Of a stretch of 64,000 bases of DNA, positions 18,231 to 27,195 are shown in pieces. The notes beneath the pieces were generated by a model. The model saw only the letters and a list, made by a program, of their open reading frames with translations. It was not told where the DNA came from and did not search any database. This DNA is from a virus, in IMG/VR virus record IMGVR_UViG_3300035698_017294, positions 1 through 64,000 of that record, one strand, 5' to 3'. Position 1 is the stretch's first letter. Every line of letters begins with the position of its first letter. Made by a program: the position numbers and the translations under genes.

Positions 18231-18701
18231 ATGGCTATATCTACAGCTAATCAAGCCTACGTCGATAGATTGCGAAACTGGCTAGGTGACATGGCGGATC
18301 TTAACGTACTCACAGGGGTACAAGAAAGCTCCGATGTATTTCTATATGAAGCGCTAGAAGATGCTATTGATGAGGTAAACAACGAATGGGGCTTTGAGTC
18401 TACATACACTATGGGCACATTTCCTAACTTCAGTTTATTGAAGTATGGTGCAGCATGCCAGGTACTAATGGGTAAAGGAATCCTATCGGCGCGTAACACG
18501 CTTACCTACAGGGATGCTGGCGGGGTCCAGGTTTCAGATCTGGATAAGTATCAGCGCTACATGCCTATATTCAACCAGTTACTACAGAAGTGGACCGCAG
18601 GGGTGCGTGGCATGATTCGCAGAATCAATGTTGATGGTGCCTACGGTGGCGTCGGTACAGAGATGGATCAGAATACATTTGATGGTGATCTGTGGTACTA
18701 A
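18231..18701 (+). CDS. head-tail adaptor/connector protein
   Basis: Helical 156-aa protein (RLRNWLGD...ALEDAIDE) downstream of the MCP. Confidence 0.55.
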   Translation: MAISTANQAYVDRLRNWLGDMADLNVLTGVQESSDVFLYEALEDAIDEVNNEWGFESTYTMGTFPNFSLLKYGAACQVLMGKGILSARNTLTYRDAGGVQVSDLDKYQRYMPIFNQLLQKWTAGVRGMIRRINVDGAYGGVGTEMDQNTFDGDLWY

Positions 18702-19480
18702 TAGAAGACCTAACCGTATATGCGGCGGGCGTAAATTCTGTCTACCTAACGTTTACCCCGACGCCGCTTAATGGTGAGACATTGAGCTTGTATCGTATAG
18801 CTATACAGCGAAGTGAGGTTAACACCGACAATACTGATGTGTGGTCAACGGTGGATATTGTAACAGCTGATAACACAGACTACACCGATATATCCCTATC
18901 GGGATTTAACTACAACAAGTTCAGAGATTTGTGGTACCGAGCCCGAGCATACCAAGCATCAATTCCAAACAATGTATCACCTTTGTGTGACAAAAAATCT
19001 ATTGCATATGATCCAGATCTATACGCGTTGGAGATTATAAGGCAGCAAACCTTAGCCCTTCAACCAAGATATGCAGGACAAAATATTTGCGTGTTACGTA
19101 AACGTAGCACAACAGATAGATGTGATACATGTTGGGATGCTGTGTTACAGAGAGTAAACGACCCAGACTGCTCAGACTGCTATGGCACTGGGTTTACGAC
19201 CGGTTACTATGCCTCGATAAGTGGGCTAGCTACTATATCGGCCGATTCTAAGAATAAACAGATAAACCAATTCGGCGCATTTGAGGAATCTAATAAAGTG
19301 TTACATATGGGGCCATTCCCTTTTATATACCCACAAGATATTATTGAAGATCAGTTTGGCCGTAGGTGGAGAGTTAACCAAGTAAACACAGAAGAGAAAA
19401 ACGGTCAGAAGATTAATCAATCCGCACAGATAGCAGAGATTGATAGAGAAGATATTATTTACACGATAGAGATTCCATAA
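18692..19480 (+). CDS. neck/head-closure protein with FN3-like N-terminus and Zn-finger
   Basis: WYRARAY FN3-like strand, RCDTCWD...CSDCYGTGF. Confidence 0.55.
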   Translation: MVLIEDLTVYAAGVNSVYLTFTPTPLNGETLSLYRIAIQRSEVNTDNTDVWSTVDIVTADNTDYTDISLSGFNYNKFRDLWYRARAYQASIPNNVSPLCDKKSIAYDPDLYALEIIRQQTLALQPRYAGQNICVLRKRSTTDRCDTCWDAVLQRVNDPDCSDCYGTGFTTGYYASISGLATISADSKNKQINQFGAFEESNKVLHMGPFPFIYPQDIIEDQFGRRWRVNQVNTEEKNGQKINQSAQIAEIDREDIIYTIEIP

Positions 19481-21058
19481 ATGGCAATTCTTGAAGTACC
19501 ATCAGCCCATGCTACAATTGTAGCCGCGCAGATAGCTGCAACCGACGGCGACATTATCAATGTAGCTGCTGGGGCATATACCGAAACCAGTGCTATTGGT
19601 TATGTATCTGGTAAATCATTAACTGTTCGCGGAGATTCCGGCAGCGAAAGGACAGAGGTTATAATTCGGGCAACTCCGGGCAACGCTTATGGATTCCGTC
19701 CAATGTCGTCTGGTAAGACCTTAACGCTGGAAAACTTGACGATAGAAATAGATCATACCCAGTCCCCAGTTTGGGCATGCATATTTGCTGCAGCTGATAC
19801 CAATATAAGTTTGAGCAATGTGTGGGTTAGAATTATTGACCAAGGCGCTTCGCAGTATATTATCCGCTCAGATTCTGGTTCGTTGATTACAGCAGTGAAC
19901 TGTAAGATAAGCTCAGAGTGCGGGCTTGTGAATTTATGGAAGAGATTCTTACAGACTACTATGACGTGGGACACCTGCGACTTCTATGATATAAGATTTT
20001 GGTCCTATAGCAATGGGGGCGCTAATACAAATCTAGCGGGCGAGCACCATTTTGTAGATTGTACGTTCAGCCGCGTAACAGAGACAACAGGGGTAATTTA
20101 CATACACTTCCACGACGGAACTGCCGCTAAGGAAGCAATTACATGTACCAATACTTCGTTTTACGGCATTGAAGGAAAAGAAACATATCAGAGCGGATTT
20201 TACAGAAATGATGTAACTGTAGATAACGATGTAATAACAGGATGCTTTTTCCAACATCTAGCCATTGCAATTACCATTGCAGATTATAGTGGCGCGGAGG
20301 GAACTGCCGAGAATGTACGTATCACAAATAATACTATAGAGGATTGTGAAAACGTAGGCGTATCGTGTGGTACACTTAGGCCTGTTATACAAGGAAATTC
20401 ATTTTACCACACTTCGACGTTTACCCCAACCGAACAATTCCATGCTATCCTTCCAGGTTCAAATGCAAGAGCGCACTTTACCAACAAGCAAGGAAAAGGA
20501 TCTATTATTACTGGGAACTATGCAGACATCAAAAGTGGGTATCTGCTAGTAGACAAAGGTGATGATATTCTATTTTTCGGGAATTATGGTATACTAAGAG
20601 GCGATGCTGGAGCGGTGTTTTACATCAAAGGTGGAAATGGCGGCCAATATCGTGGCAATGTATGCGTATCTAATCAACGATTACTTACTGTCGCAACGTG
20701 GGTTGGGCATACACCAGAAGACTGGGTTGTAGAGGACAATTTATTTGTAACCGAAGGCGGTGATTACATTGTATCTGATGTTGACGGTGTTGACATGTCA
20801 CAAGGTACTATAGGTAATAACAGGTATAAAGGAACACCTGCGGTTGCCTTTTATAACGATAGCGGTATAGCCAGAGACTGGAGCTGGTGGCAGGCTAACA
20901 CAAATGATTCTACTAGTACCTATCCTGATACTGATGCATGGACGGACGAAGGTAGAGAAAAGCTTTTAATTCATTCATTTACTTCGGGGAAGCCGTACTT
21001 TCCGCAGATGCGCATAGGGTCAGCTGGTTCTTGGAGCGGCGATGGCTGGAGAAAATAG
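19481..21058 (+). CDS. right-handed beta-helix (pectin-lyase-like) fibre/spike protein
   Basis: TIVAA...A.DGD.I.V.AG.Y.E cap, with repeated ITNN/IQGN/ITGN/VEDN Asn ladders. Confidence 0.7.
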   Translation: MAILEVPSAHATIVAAQIAATDGDIINVAAGAYTETSAIGYVSGKSLTVRGDSGSERTEVIIRATPGNAYGFRPMSSGKTLTLENLTIEIDHTQSPVWACIFAAADTNISLSNVWVRIIDQGASQYIIRSDSGSLITAVNCKISSECGLVNLWKRFLQTTMTWDTCDFYDIRFWSYSNGGANTNLAGEHHFVDCTFSRVTETTGVIYIHFHDGTAAKEAITCTNTSFYGIEGKETYQSGFYRNDVTVDNDVITGCFFQHLAIAITIADYSGAEGTAENVRITNNTIEDCENVGVSCGTLRPVIQGNSFYHTSTFTPTEQFHAILPGSNARAHFTNKQGKGSIITGNYADIKSGYLLVDKGDDILFFGNYGILRGDAGAVFYIKGGNGGQYRGNVCVSNQRLLTVATWVGHTPEDWVVEDNLFVTEGGDYIVSDVDGVDMSQGTIGNNRYKGTPAVAFYNDSGIARDWSWWQANTNDSTSTYPDTDAWTDEGREKLLIHSFTSGKPYFPQMRIGSAGSWSGDGWRK

Positions 21059-21081
21059 TATGATAGTTATTAGGAGATATT

Positions 21082-21795
21082 TTGTCTAGATATACTTATG
21101 GAGAATATGGAACTATAGGCGGGTCCTTCACCACAGGTGATACAGTTACAGTTACTGTATATGACCTTTCTACAGAAAGTTCAGTTTCTTTATCTATACC
21201 ATCCGCGTCAGAGATTGGTGCAACTGGAGAATTTTATTGGAGTTTTTCTAATCTTACAACTGCTCCTACTGTTTTTACTGAGTACTTAGCTGTAATGACT
21301 AATGGTACAGTGTCTCACAGTTTCCAGCACACGATAGGCGGGTATCCAAACGATCTAGCATCTTCCATTGCTCTTATATCTGGGGTTCTCGATACTCCAG
21401 CAAACTTCATGGCTGATGTTTCAGCATTAGCTACTCCAGCAAACTTCATGGCAGATGTCACGGCTCTTGCAGGATCTGGGGTTCTAGGTGAAGTAAAAGC
21501 AAAGACAGACTTGATTCCACTTAACCCGACTTCTGTAAATGAATACGCAGCGCGGTTAGCCACACTTCAAACTGATGTGTCAGCGACAGCTACCGAAGCA
21601 ACAGTATCTGGAATGAATGTTACAGTATCTGGAATGGATAGTTTCATAACAGATGTCCATGACGAGGTAATGGGTAAGTGGGTTGTAGATACGGCAGCTA
21701 ATACACTAACCTTATACCGTATAGATGGTGATACCGTATTAGAGACGTTTGACCTAACAGGTACTAGTCCATCTTACACAGGCAGAACACCATAA
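21082..21795 (+). CDS. virion structural protein with internal repeats
   Basis: TTG start after AGGAG. Thr/Ser-rich, with repeats TPANFMADV x2 and TVSGM x2. Confidence 0.6.
   Translation: MSRYTYGEYGTIGGSFTTGDTVTVTVYDLSTESSVSLSIPSASEIGATGEFYWSFSNLTTAPTVFTEYLAVMTNGTVSHSFQHTIGGYPNDLASSIALISGVLDTPANFMADVSALATPANFMADVTALAGSGVLGEVKAKTDLIPLNPTSVNEYAARLATLQTDVSATATEATVSGMNVTVSGMDSFITDVHDEVMGKWVVDTAANTLTLYRIDGDTVLETFDLTGTSPSYTGRTP
21394..21471 (+). repeat. 39-bp in-frame tandem repeat (2 copies)
   Basis: ACTCCAGCAAACTTCATGGC begins at both 21394 and 21433, encoding TPANFMADV[S/T]ALA. Confidence 0.85.
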
Positions 21796-21989
21796 TGATA
21801 ATCACACGCGGCTATGGTGCAAACTTCTCTATCGTGACACAAGGATATGCTGGTACAACGCAAAAAATAATAAGGGTGCCGTCACCGCTGCATAGAAAGC
21901 TAGGATACGCCTCATCTATAGTGCAAACCATTTCAGAAGAGTCGTCACCAAATAGGGCTTTATTTTTATCTTCATCTTTAAACGCATAG
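21795..21989 (+). CDS. small virion protein
   Basis: IITRGYG / IVTQGYA repeat, coupled start. Confidence 0.5.
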   Translation: MIITRGYGANFSIVTQGYAGTTQKIIRVPSPLHRKLGYASSIVQTISEESSPNRALFLSSSLNA

Positions 21990-22014
21990 ATGTAGACTTC
22001 GAAGGAGACTTGAG

Positions 22015-22299
22015 TTGAGCAAAACATATGTAGGAGATGTCGGCACTATAATAATTGTCGATATAGGCGAGAGTGTCTCTGCGGCAACCTATACAGCGCT
22101 AAAGGTGCGTAAGCCGGGCGCTGATACAGAGTATATATGGTCCGGCGAAGTATACAATACAAACTACGTTAAGTACACTACCGTAGATGGGGATTTCAGT
22201 ATAGCTGGCCAGTATCACGTTCAGCCGCATATCATAACATCGACCTGGGATGGTCTGGGTGAAACAATCACACTAACTGTATTTGATCCATTCGAGTAA
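22015..22299 (+). CDS. small Ig-like (BppU N-terminal-like) virion protein
   Basis: YVGDVGT...VRKP...VKYTT.DGDF..AG.Y.VQ pattern. Confidence 0.5.
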   Translation: MSKTYVGDVGTIIIVDIGESVSAATYTALKVRKPGADTEYIWSGEVYNTNYVKYTTVDGDFSIAGQYHVQPHIITSTWDGLGETITLTVFDPFE

Positions 22300-22308
22300 A
22301 GGTAACAC

Positions 22309-23013
22309 ATGAGTCTATTTGATCCAATTAAACCATATCTTTGTCCGGATATTTTCAACAAACAGAATAAGCTTCGGCCGTATGTACGGCTGGTCATAAC
22401 GACCGGCGTTGAACTGCTTGTACCGAAGGAACATGTTGGAGGCATCTATATACGCGGATCTGTTATCGATTACAAGTGGAGCTACACATCCGATGTGGAT
22501 GTTAATATTCTACTGAAGCCCGAGCACGCAGATAGGCGGGCAGAGTTCCACTCAATGGTAAAAGGATCCAATGGTAAGACGTTCATCAAGAAGCATCCTA
22601 TAAACTACTTTATAGATATTATGCCAGATGAATGGAACATGCTACATCTGCGCAGGCTGTACGACGTTACAAATAATAAATGGGTTGCTACTCCAGACAG
22701 AACAAAAGCTATTACACGTAAGAAGGCACTAGAGCTAGCATCGCCAGTGGCTCCAATAGCGGCAACAAATGCTGAGCTGCAAATTGAGCAATTGGCTAAA
22801 GCCATTAGATCTGGAGACATGGACCGTATACTACACGAGGCAAAAGACGTAACACAATTCTATAAAATACTTGACCGCAAGCGAAAACGTGGCTATGCTC
22901 TAGGAGCGGGAACCTACTCTCACCAGAATGCGCTATACAAGTATGTAGAACATGAGGGTAAGTACCCAGACACGCTTGGAAAGATATACGAACTACTTAG
23001 AGATAGAGTGTAA
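22309..23013 (+). CDS. Pol-beta-superfamily nucleotidyltransferase
   Basis: RGSVIDYKWSYTSDVDVNI (GS...DxD signature). Confidence 0.7.
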   Translation: MSLFDPIKPYLCPDIFNKQNKLRPYVRLVITTGVELLVPKEHVGGIYIRGSVIDYKWSYTSDVDVNILLKPEHADRRAEFHSMVKGSNGKTFIKKHPINYFIDIMPDEWNMLHLRRLYDVTNNKWVATPDRTKAITRKKALELASPVAPIAATNAELQIEQLAKAIRSGDMDRILHEAKDVTQFYKILDRKRKRGYALGAGTYSHQNALYKYVEHEGKYPDTLGKIYELLRDRV

Positions 23014-24395
23014 TGTCAGCAGACGCAGTAATAGAACGATATAAAAGATCGCCTGCCGGATTACTAGTGGTACGCCCAACCGGCAGCGGAAAAACTAGGC
23101 TTGCATTAAAGGCGACCAGAGAAGACAAACGTAACACGGTTGTTGGCACTGCTTCCCTAACCAAGAACTTTGAGGGCGAAGAGAAAAAGGTCTTTAAGGC
23201 TACTACGCCGAGAAAGGTTACAACTTACTCTAGTGTAGCACGAGGCAATGAGCTACCAGGCGGTAATAATCTGATTCTAGACGAGTCACATTATATCCGT
23301 AACCCAAAAACGCGAACTGCAAAGATGCTAACCCAGGAGCGTAAAAAGTACAACAAGGCCCTACTACTTACAGCGACTCCTATAGTAAATGAGCCGTATG
23401 ACTTAGCAAGCCAGGTAAACTTGGTTGCTAATCGCGAAGTAATGCCGGCGGATAAGAAAGAATTCTATAGCAAGTATTACGATTCCAAGAATGTCAAACC
23501 GGGCTTCTTTGGGAGAATGCTAGGGGTTAAGCCAGGTGCCGTAAGGGAACTTAAAAAAAGAACTGATCTAGAAGACACTGTATCACAATTTGTTGACATT
23601 GCAGATAAAAAAGAAGTTGCCGAATTCATGCCAAAGACTAAGCATGAGGTAGTCAACGTTCCTATGGCCGAGGACCAATCAAAGATCTATAAGTATCTGG
23701 AGGGTAAAATGCCCTTCCATGTGCGATACAAAATAAAGAAAGGCCTGCCACCATCTAAGTCTGAGAGCGCGAATCTAAACGCATACATGACTGGTCTACG
23801 CCAAGTATCTAACACAACAGCACCTTACGTAAAAGAAGGTGTACAGCCGGTTAGCTCTAAGCTAGACCAAATGGTTAAAGACATGCGGGCCGAGTTGGCA
23901 AATAAGGGTAAAGTGATAACCTACTCCAATTTCCTAGGTGCCGGCTCAACTCGTATCAAGGCTCGACTAGACAAGAAGAATATACAGTACAGCGAAATAC
24001 ACGGGTCGTTGACTAAGAAGCAGCGTGCGGCCGAGGTAGAGAAATATACCTCTAACAAGTCCAACGTCATGTTGTTTAGCGGCGCTGGTTCTGAGGGATT
24101 GAACCTGCCTAAGACTACAATGGTCCAGATCACAGAACCGCATTGGAATGAGGCACGCGTCTATCAGGCGGCATCGCGAGGAGTTCGTCGAGGAGATGAT
24201 CCTAATCGTACAGTCAACATTAGACATTATTTATCGACTCGGCCGGAATCAAAATTAAACAGACTGGGCTTTGGTAAGCCGAAAAAGTCGGCTGATCAAT
24301 ATCTATATGAAATGAGTAAGCGCAAAAAAGAAGAATCTGATTCCATGCTGCGCGCGCTACGGGGAAAAAGTGATGCTAAGAGAACTAGGGTTTGA
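23013..24395 (+). CDS. SNF2-like superfamily 2 helicase
   Basis: PTGSGKT, ILDESH, LLTATP, GSEGLNL, QAASRGVR. Confidence 0.85.
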   Translation: MSADAVIERYKRSPAGLLVVRPTGSGKTRLALKATREDKRNTVVGTASLTKNFEGEEKKVFKATTPRKVTTYSSVARGNELPGGNNLILDESHYIRNPKTRTAKMLTQERKKYNKALLLTATPIVNEPYDLASQVNLVANREVMPADKKEFYSKYYDSKNVKPGFFGRMLGVKPGAVRELKKRTDLEDTVSQFVDIADKKEVAEFMPKTKHEVVNVPMAEDQSKIYKYLEGKMPFHVRYKIKKGLPPSKSESANLNAYMTGLRQVSNTTAPYVKEGVQPVSSKLDQMVKDMRAELANKGKVITYSNFLGAGSTRIKARLDKKNIQYSEIHGSLTKKQRAAEVEKYTSNKSNVMLFSGAGSEGLNLPKTTMVQITEPHWNEARVYQAASRGVRRGDDPNRTVNIRHYLSTRPESKLNRLGFGKPKKSADQYLYEMSKRKKEESDSMLRALRGKSDAKRTRV

Positions 24396-24660
24396 GAAGA
24401 CTGCCAAGAAGAAAAGCGAATTCAAGGTATTGCAGGAGAACAAAGTCCCGCTGACTCCAGAAGAGCGGGCTAAGGTAATGGGCAGTAAGGCAGTTTGGCA
24501 TTTTAACGGGGGTTCCCCTAGTCCGGCTGTATGGAAGTCGGTTAACAAGCAAACTGGTAAAACGACTTTTGTGACACATACGCACAGAGCATATAACACA
24601 GCTCCTACAGTGCAGGGTGGCATAGGTCGCTTTCACAAGTTTATCAAAGGCACAGCATAA
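24373..24660 (+). CDS. small basic protein with LGF-EKTA leader
   Basis: N-terminus MLRELGFEKTA. Confidence 0.6.
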   Translation: MLRELGFEKTAKKKSEFKVLQENKVPLTPEERAKVMGSKAVWHFNGGSPSPAVWKSVNKQTGKTTFVTHTHRAYNTAPTVQGGIGRFHKFIKGTA

Positions 24661-26024
24661 TGGCAGAGTTTGCCCCAGGTCTTCCTAACAAGAAGATAAC
24701 TACACCAGTCCCATCCACACGTTACCAAACGTGGGAGTATTCCATACAAAGGCACGATGCTGTTAAAGCTGGATTACATTATGACCTGCGCTTAGGCAGC
24801 GGGACATCGGGCGTAGCACATTCTTGGGTTATTAAAAGTATACCGCGGCCCGGGCAGAAGGTACTAGCGATTGAGCAGCCGGATCATACGCTGGAATACA
24901 TGCGTTATTCTGGAAGACTCAAATCAGGGTATGGTATGGGCCAGGTACAGGTAGTGGAAAGCGCCAATGCCGAAATGTTGGAATCCTCATCTGATAAGCT
25001 TGTATTCAATATTTATAAGGGCGCCGATACACATCGATTTGCACTTATAAGAACTGGTGGCAAGAATTGGTTGTTTTACAATACCACTAATACGCGCGAC
25101 CGTGTTAAGATACCATCTACCAAGAGGAGTTATAAAACCGTTAGTGTGGACGCATTGGATCCAAATAAACCGGATACGCTGTGGTCGCCTAAGGTAGACG
25201 GTGCGCACAATATTTTTTACCTTAAAAAGGGTCGTCGTCCTGAGATATTTTCATATCGCACATCTAAGCGCGACAGTAATAAACTGATAGAGCACACATA
25301 TAAAACGGAGCTGTATAAGGAGCGTGTTCCAAATGAGATAGGTGAGACGATATTACGAGGGGAACTATACGGGGTTGATAATGTAGGCAAGGTAGTATCC
25401 AGCGCGACAACCGCCGGCATACTGAATTCAAATGTTTGGCTATCCCGTAATTCTGCGGGAAAAGTTGGGGGATCCGAAAAATCGCTAGGGCGAAAGGTCC
25501 GGATCGACCATGTCATATTTGACATAGATCGCTATAAAGGCAAAGATGTCAGTGACTTGCCGTATAGTCAGAAGCTGTTGCTAATGAGAGAGGTGAGCAG
25601 ACAAATGCCATCTATCAAATTAGCTCCAATGGTATCCAGCCCAGATAAGAAAATTCACATGCTCAAGTCTATTAAAGAGGGCAATCATCCTTTAAGTAAA
25701 GAAGGTATTGTTGAAATTGACTTAAACAAGTCGATTCCTACAAAGGCCAAACTGAAAAAGGAGATTGATGTTTACGTTACTATGGTTTTTCCTGGAGGAG
25801 GAAAGTACGGTGGAAGCGCAGCCGGTGGCTTTTTGGCTTCACGGACCCAAGGAGGCCCAGCAAGTATTAGAGTTGGTTCAGGATTCTCCGATGCTGAGCG
25901 TATTAAAATGTGGAATAATCGCAAACGCTACATCGGCAGATTTGCAAAAATTGAGATTCAAGAAGAACTTCCGTCAGGAAAAGTACGTAGCCCAGTCTTT
26001 AAAGAATGGCGTTCGTACATTTAA
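24660..26024 (+). CDS. LigD-like 3'-phosphoesterase fused to an ATP-dependent DNA ligase
   Basis: PE motifs QRHDA...HYDLRL...SW. Ligase motifs KVDG, LRGELY, IFDI, EGIV. OB domain VGSGFSD...RSPVF. Confidence 0.8.
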   Translation: MAEFAPGLPNKKITTPVPSTRYQTWEYSIQRHDAVKAGLHYDLRLGSGTSGVAHSWVIKSIPRPGQKVLAIEQPDHTLEYMRYSGRLKSGYGMGQVQVVESANAEMLESSSDKLVFNIYKGADTHRFALIRTGGKNWLFYNTTNTRDRVKIPSTKRSYKTVSVDALDPNKPDTLWSPKVDGAHNIFYLKKGRRPEIFSYRTSKRDSNKLIEHTYKTELYKERVPNEIGETILRGELYGVDNVGKVVSSATTAGILNSNVWLSRNSAGKVGGSEKSLGRKVRIDHVIFDIDRYKGKDVSDLPYSQKLLLMREVSRQMPSIKLAPMVSSPDKKIHMLKSIKEGNHPLSKEGIVEIDLNKSIPTKAKLKKEIDVYVTMVFPGGGKYGGSAAGGFLASRTQGGPASIRVGSGFSDAERIKMWNNRKRYIGRFAKIEIQEELPSGKVRSPVFKEWRSYI

Positions 26025-26027
26025 TGC

Positions 26028-26055
26028 TTGACAAAGTGCAGTAAATTAGTATACT
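26028..26055 (+). promoter_or_regulatory. sigma70-type promoter for the tail operon
   Basis: TTGACA-N16-TATACT. Confidence 0.75.
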
Positions 26056-26067
26056 TAACAAGTAGAG

Positions 26068-27174
26068 GTGCAATCAGTGAGCGTGCTGATCGATGTTAAA
26101 CATATAGTTCTGTCTTTCTTACAGACTTACTTCGAAAACAAGAGCACTACGCACCCTTGGTCTTCGACATATGCCCAAACCAAGATTATTATAGCGGACA
26201 AGTTCGCTGTGGATCTGAAGTCTATAGAAAAGAAACCGGCTATAATTCTCTCTCGCGGACAGGCGAGATGGACCAAGTTGGTTATGGACCAACGTGCCAC
26301 AACCGATATAGTTGGCAAAGATAAAACGTATACGGATCTTGTTCGTATGTCATTGACACTAAACATTATAGGAAAGAATGGTATAGTCCTAGAGGACATA
26401 GCCAGTACACTTTTCAATATATTTGTGGGACATAAGGATATTCTAAAAGCGGCCGGAATTGATACAATTGACGCAATAGAGATTGGACAAGAACAAGTTA
26501 TACAGTCTGATTCTGAAATTAATTTGGTTAGAGTACCAGTATCAATGGTAGTTACAATTGCCAAAACATTGGCATCGTATACCGATTCTACTTTTGCAAC
26601 TATCCTTGTTTCTGGCACTACGACTCAGGTTAGAGAAGGCGAAGATTATCACATTGTTGGCCAATCCGTAATAATGGAGGACGCTGACGATCAAGATAAT
26701 TTCTCTATAACTTATCTGGATAATACAGATTATACTTCGCATACAGAATATCTGACAATGGAAGATCATGCGATGTATCTTCCGCTAACATTTAACGCGT
26801 ATGCGCCATCAGGAATTTCTGTTAAAGCGCTAAACGCGATGACGAATGTAGAATACCCGATAGATGCTGTGTATATTAGTGGCTTAGTTCCTGTTGGTGA
26901 TGAAATTGTAACAGTGCGCGTAAGCGGAATGTATTACGAATCACTACCTAGCGGAATAACAACGAGCGACATATCGGATGCTTTTAAGACGACTTATTAC
27001 CTAGATGCTCGTACACCCGTGCATCGATACATATTAATGCGTTCCGGATTAGTCGATTATACAGACTATGGTGTATACGGAGATTACCTTGCAGGTAATT
27101 GGGCATACGATCCTGACGAGACACTTTCTACATATCCATATGTTAGTGGTGTTCTAGGAGTTATAAATGAATAA
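26068..27174 (+). CDS. tail terminator/completion-like protein with Ser-Gly-rich C-terminal extension
   Basis: Directly upstream of the sheath. KPAIILSRG motif, and 7 SG dipeptides all in the C-terminal half. Confidence 0.55.
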   Translation: MQSVSVLIDVKHIVLSFLQTYFENKSTTHPWSSTYAQTKIIIADKFAVDLKSIEKKPAIILSRGQARWTKLVMDQRATTDIVGKDKTYTDLVRMSLTLNIIGKNGIVLEDIASTLFNIFVGHKDILKAAGIDTIDAIEIGQEQVIQSDSEINLVRVPVSMVVTIAKTLASYTDSTFATILVSGTTTQVREGEDYHIVGQSVIMEDADDQDNFSITYLDNTDYTSHTEYLTMEDHAMYLPLTFNAYAPSGISVKALNAMTNVEYPIDAVYISGLVPVGDEIVTVRVSGMYYESLPSGITTSDISDAFKTTYYLDARTPVHRYILMRSGLVDYTDYGVYGDYLAGNWAYDPDETLSTYPYVSGVLGVINE

Positions 27175-27195
27175 AATTACAATAGGAGACTTATA

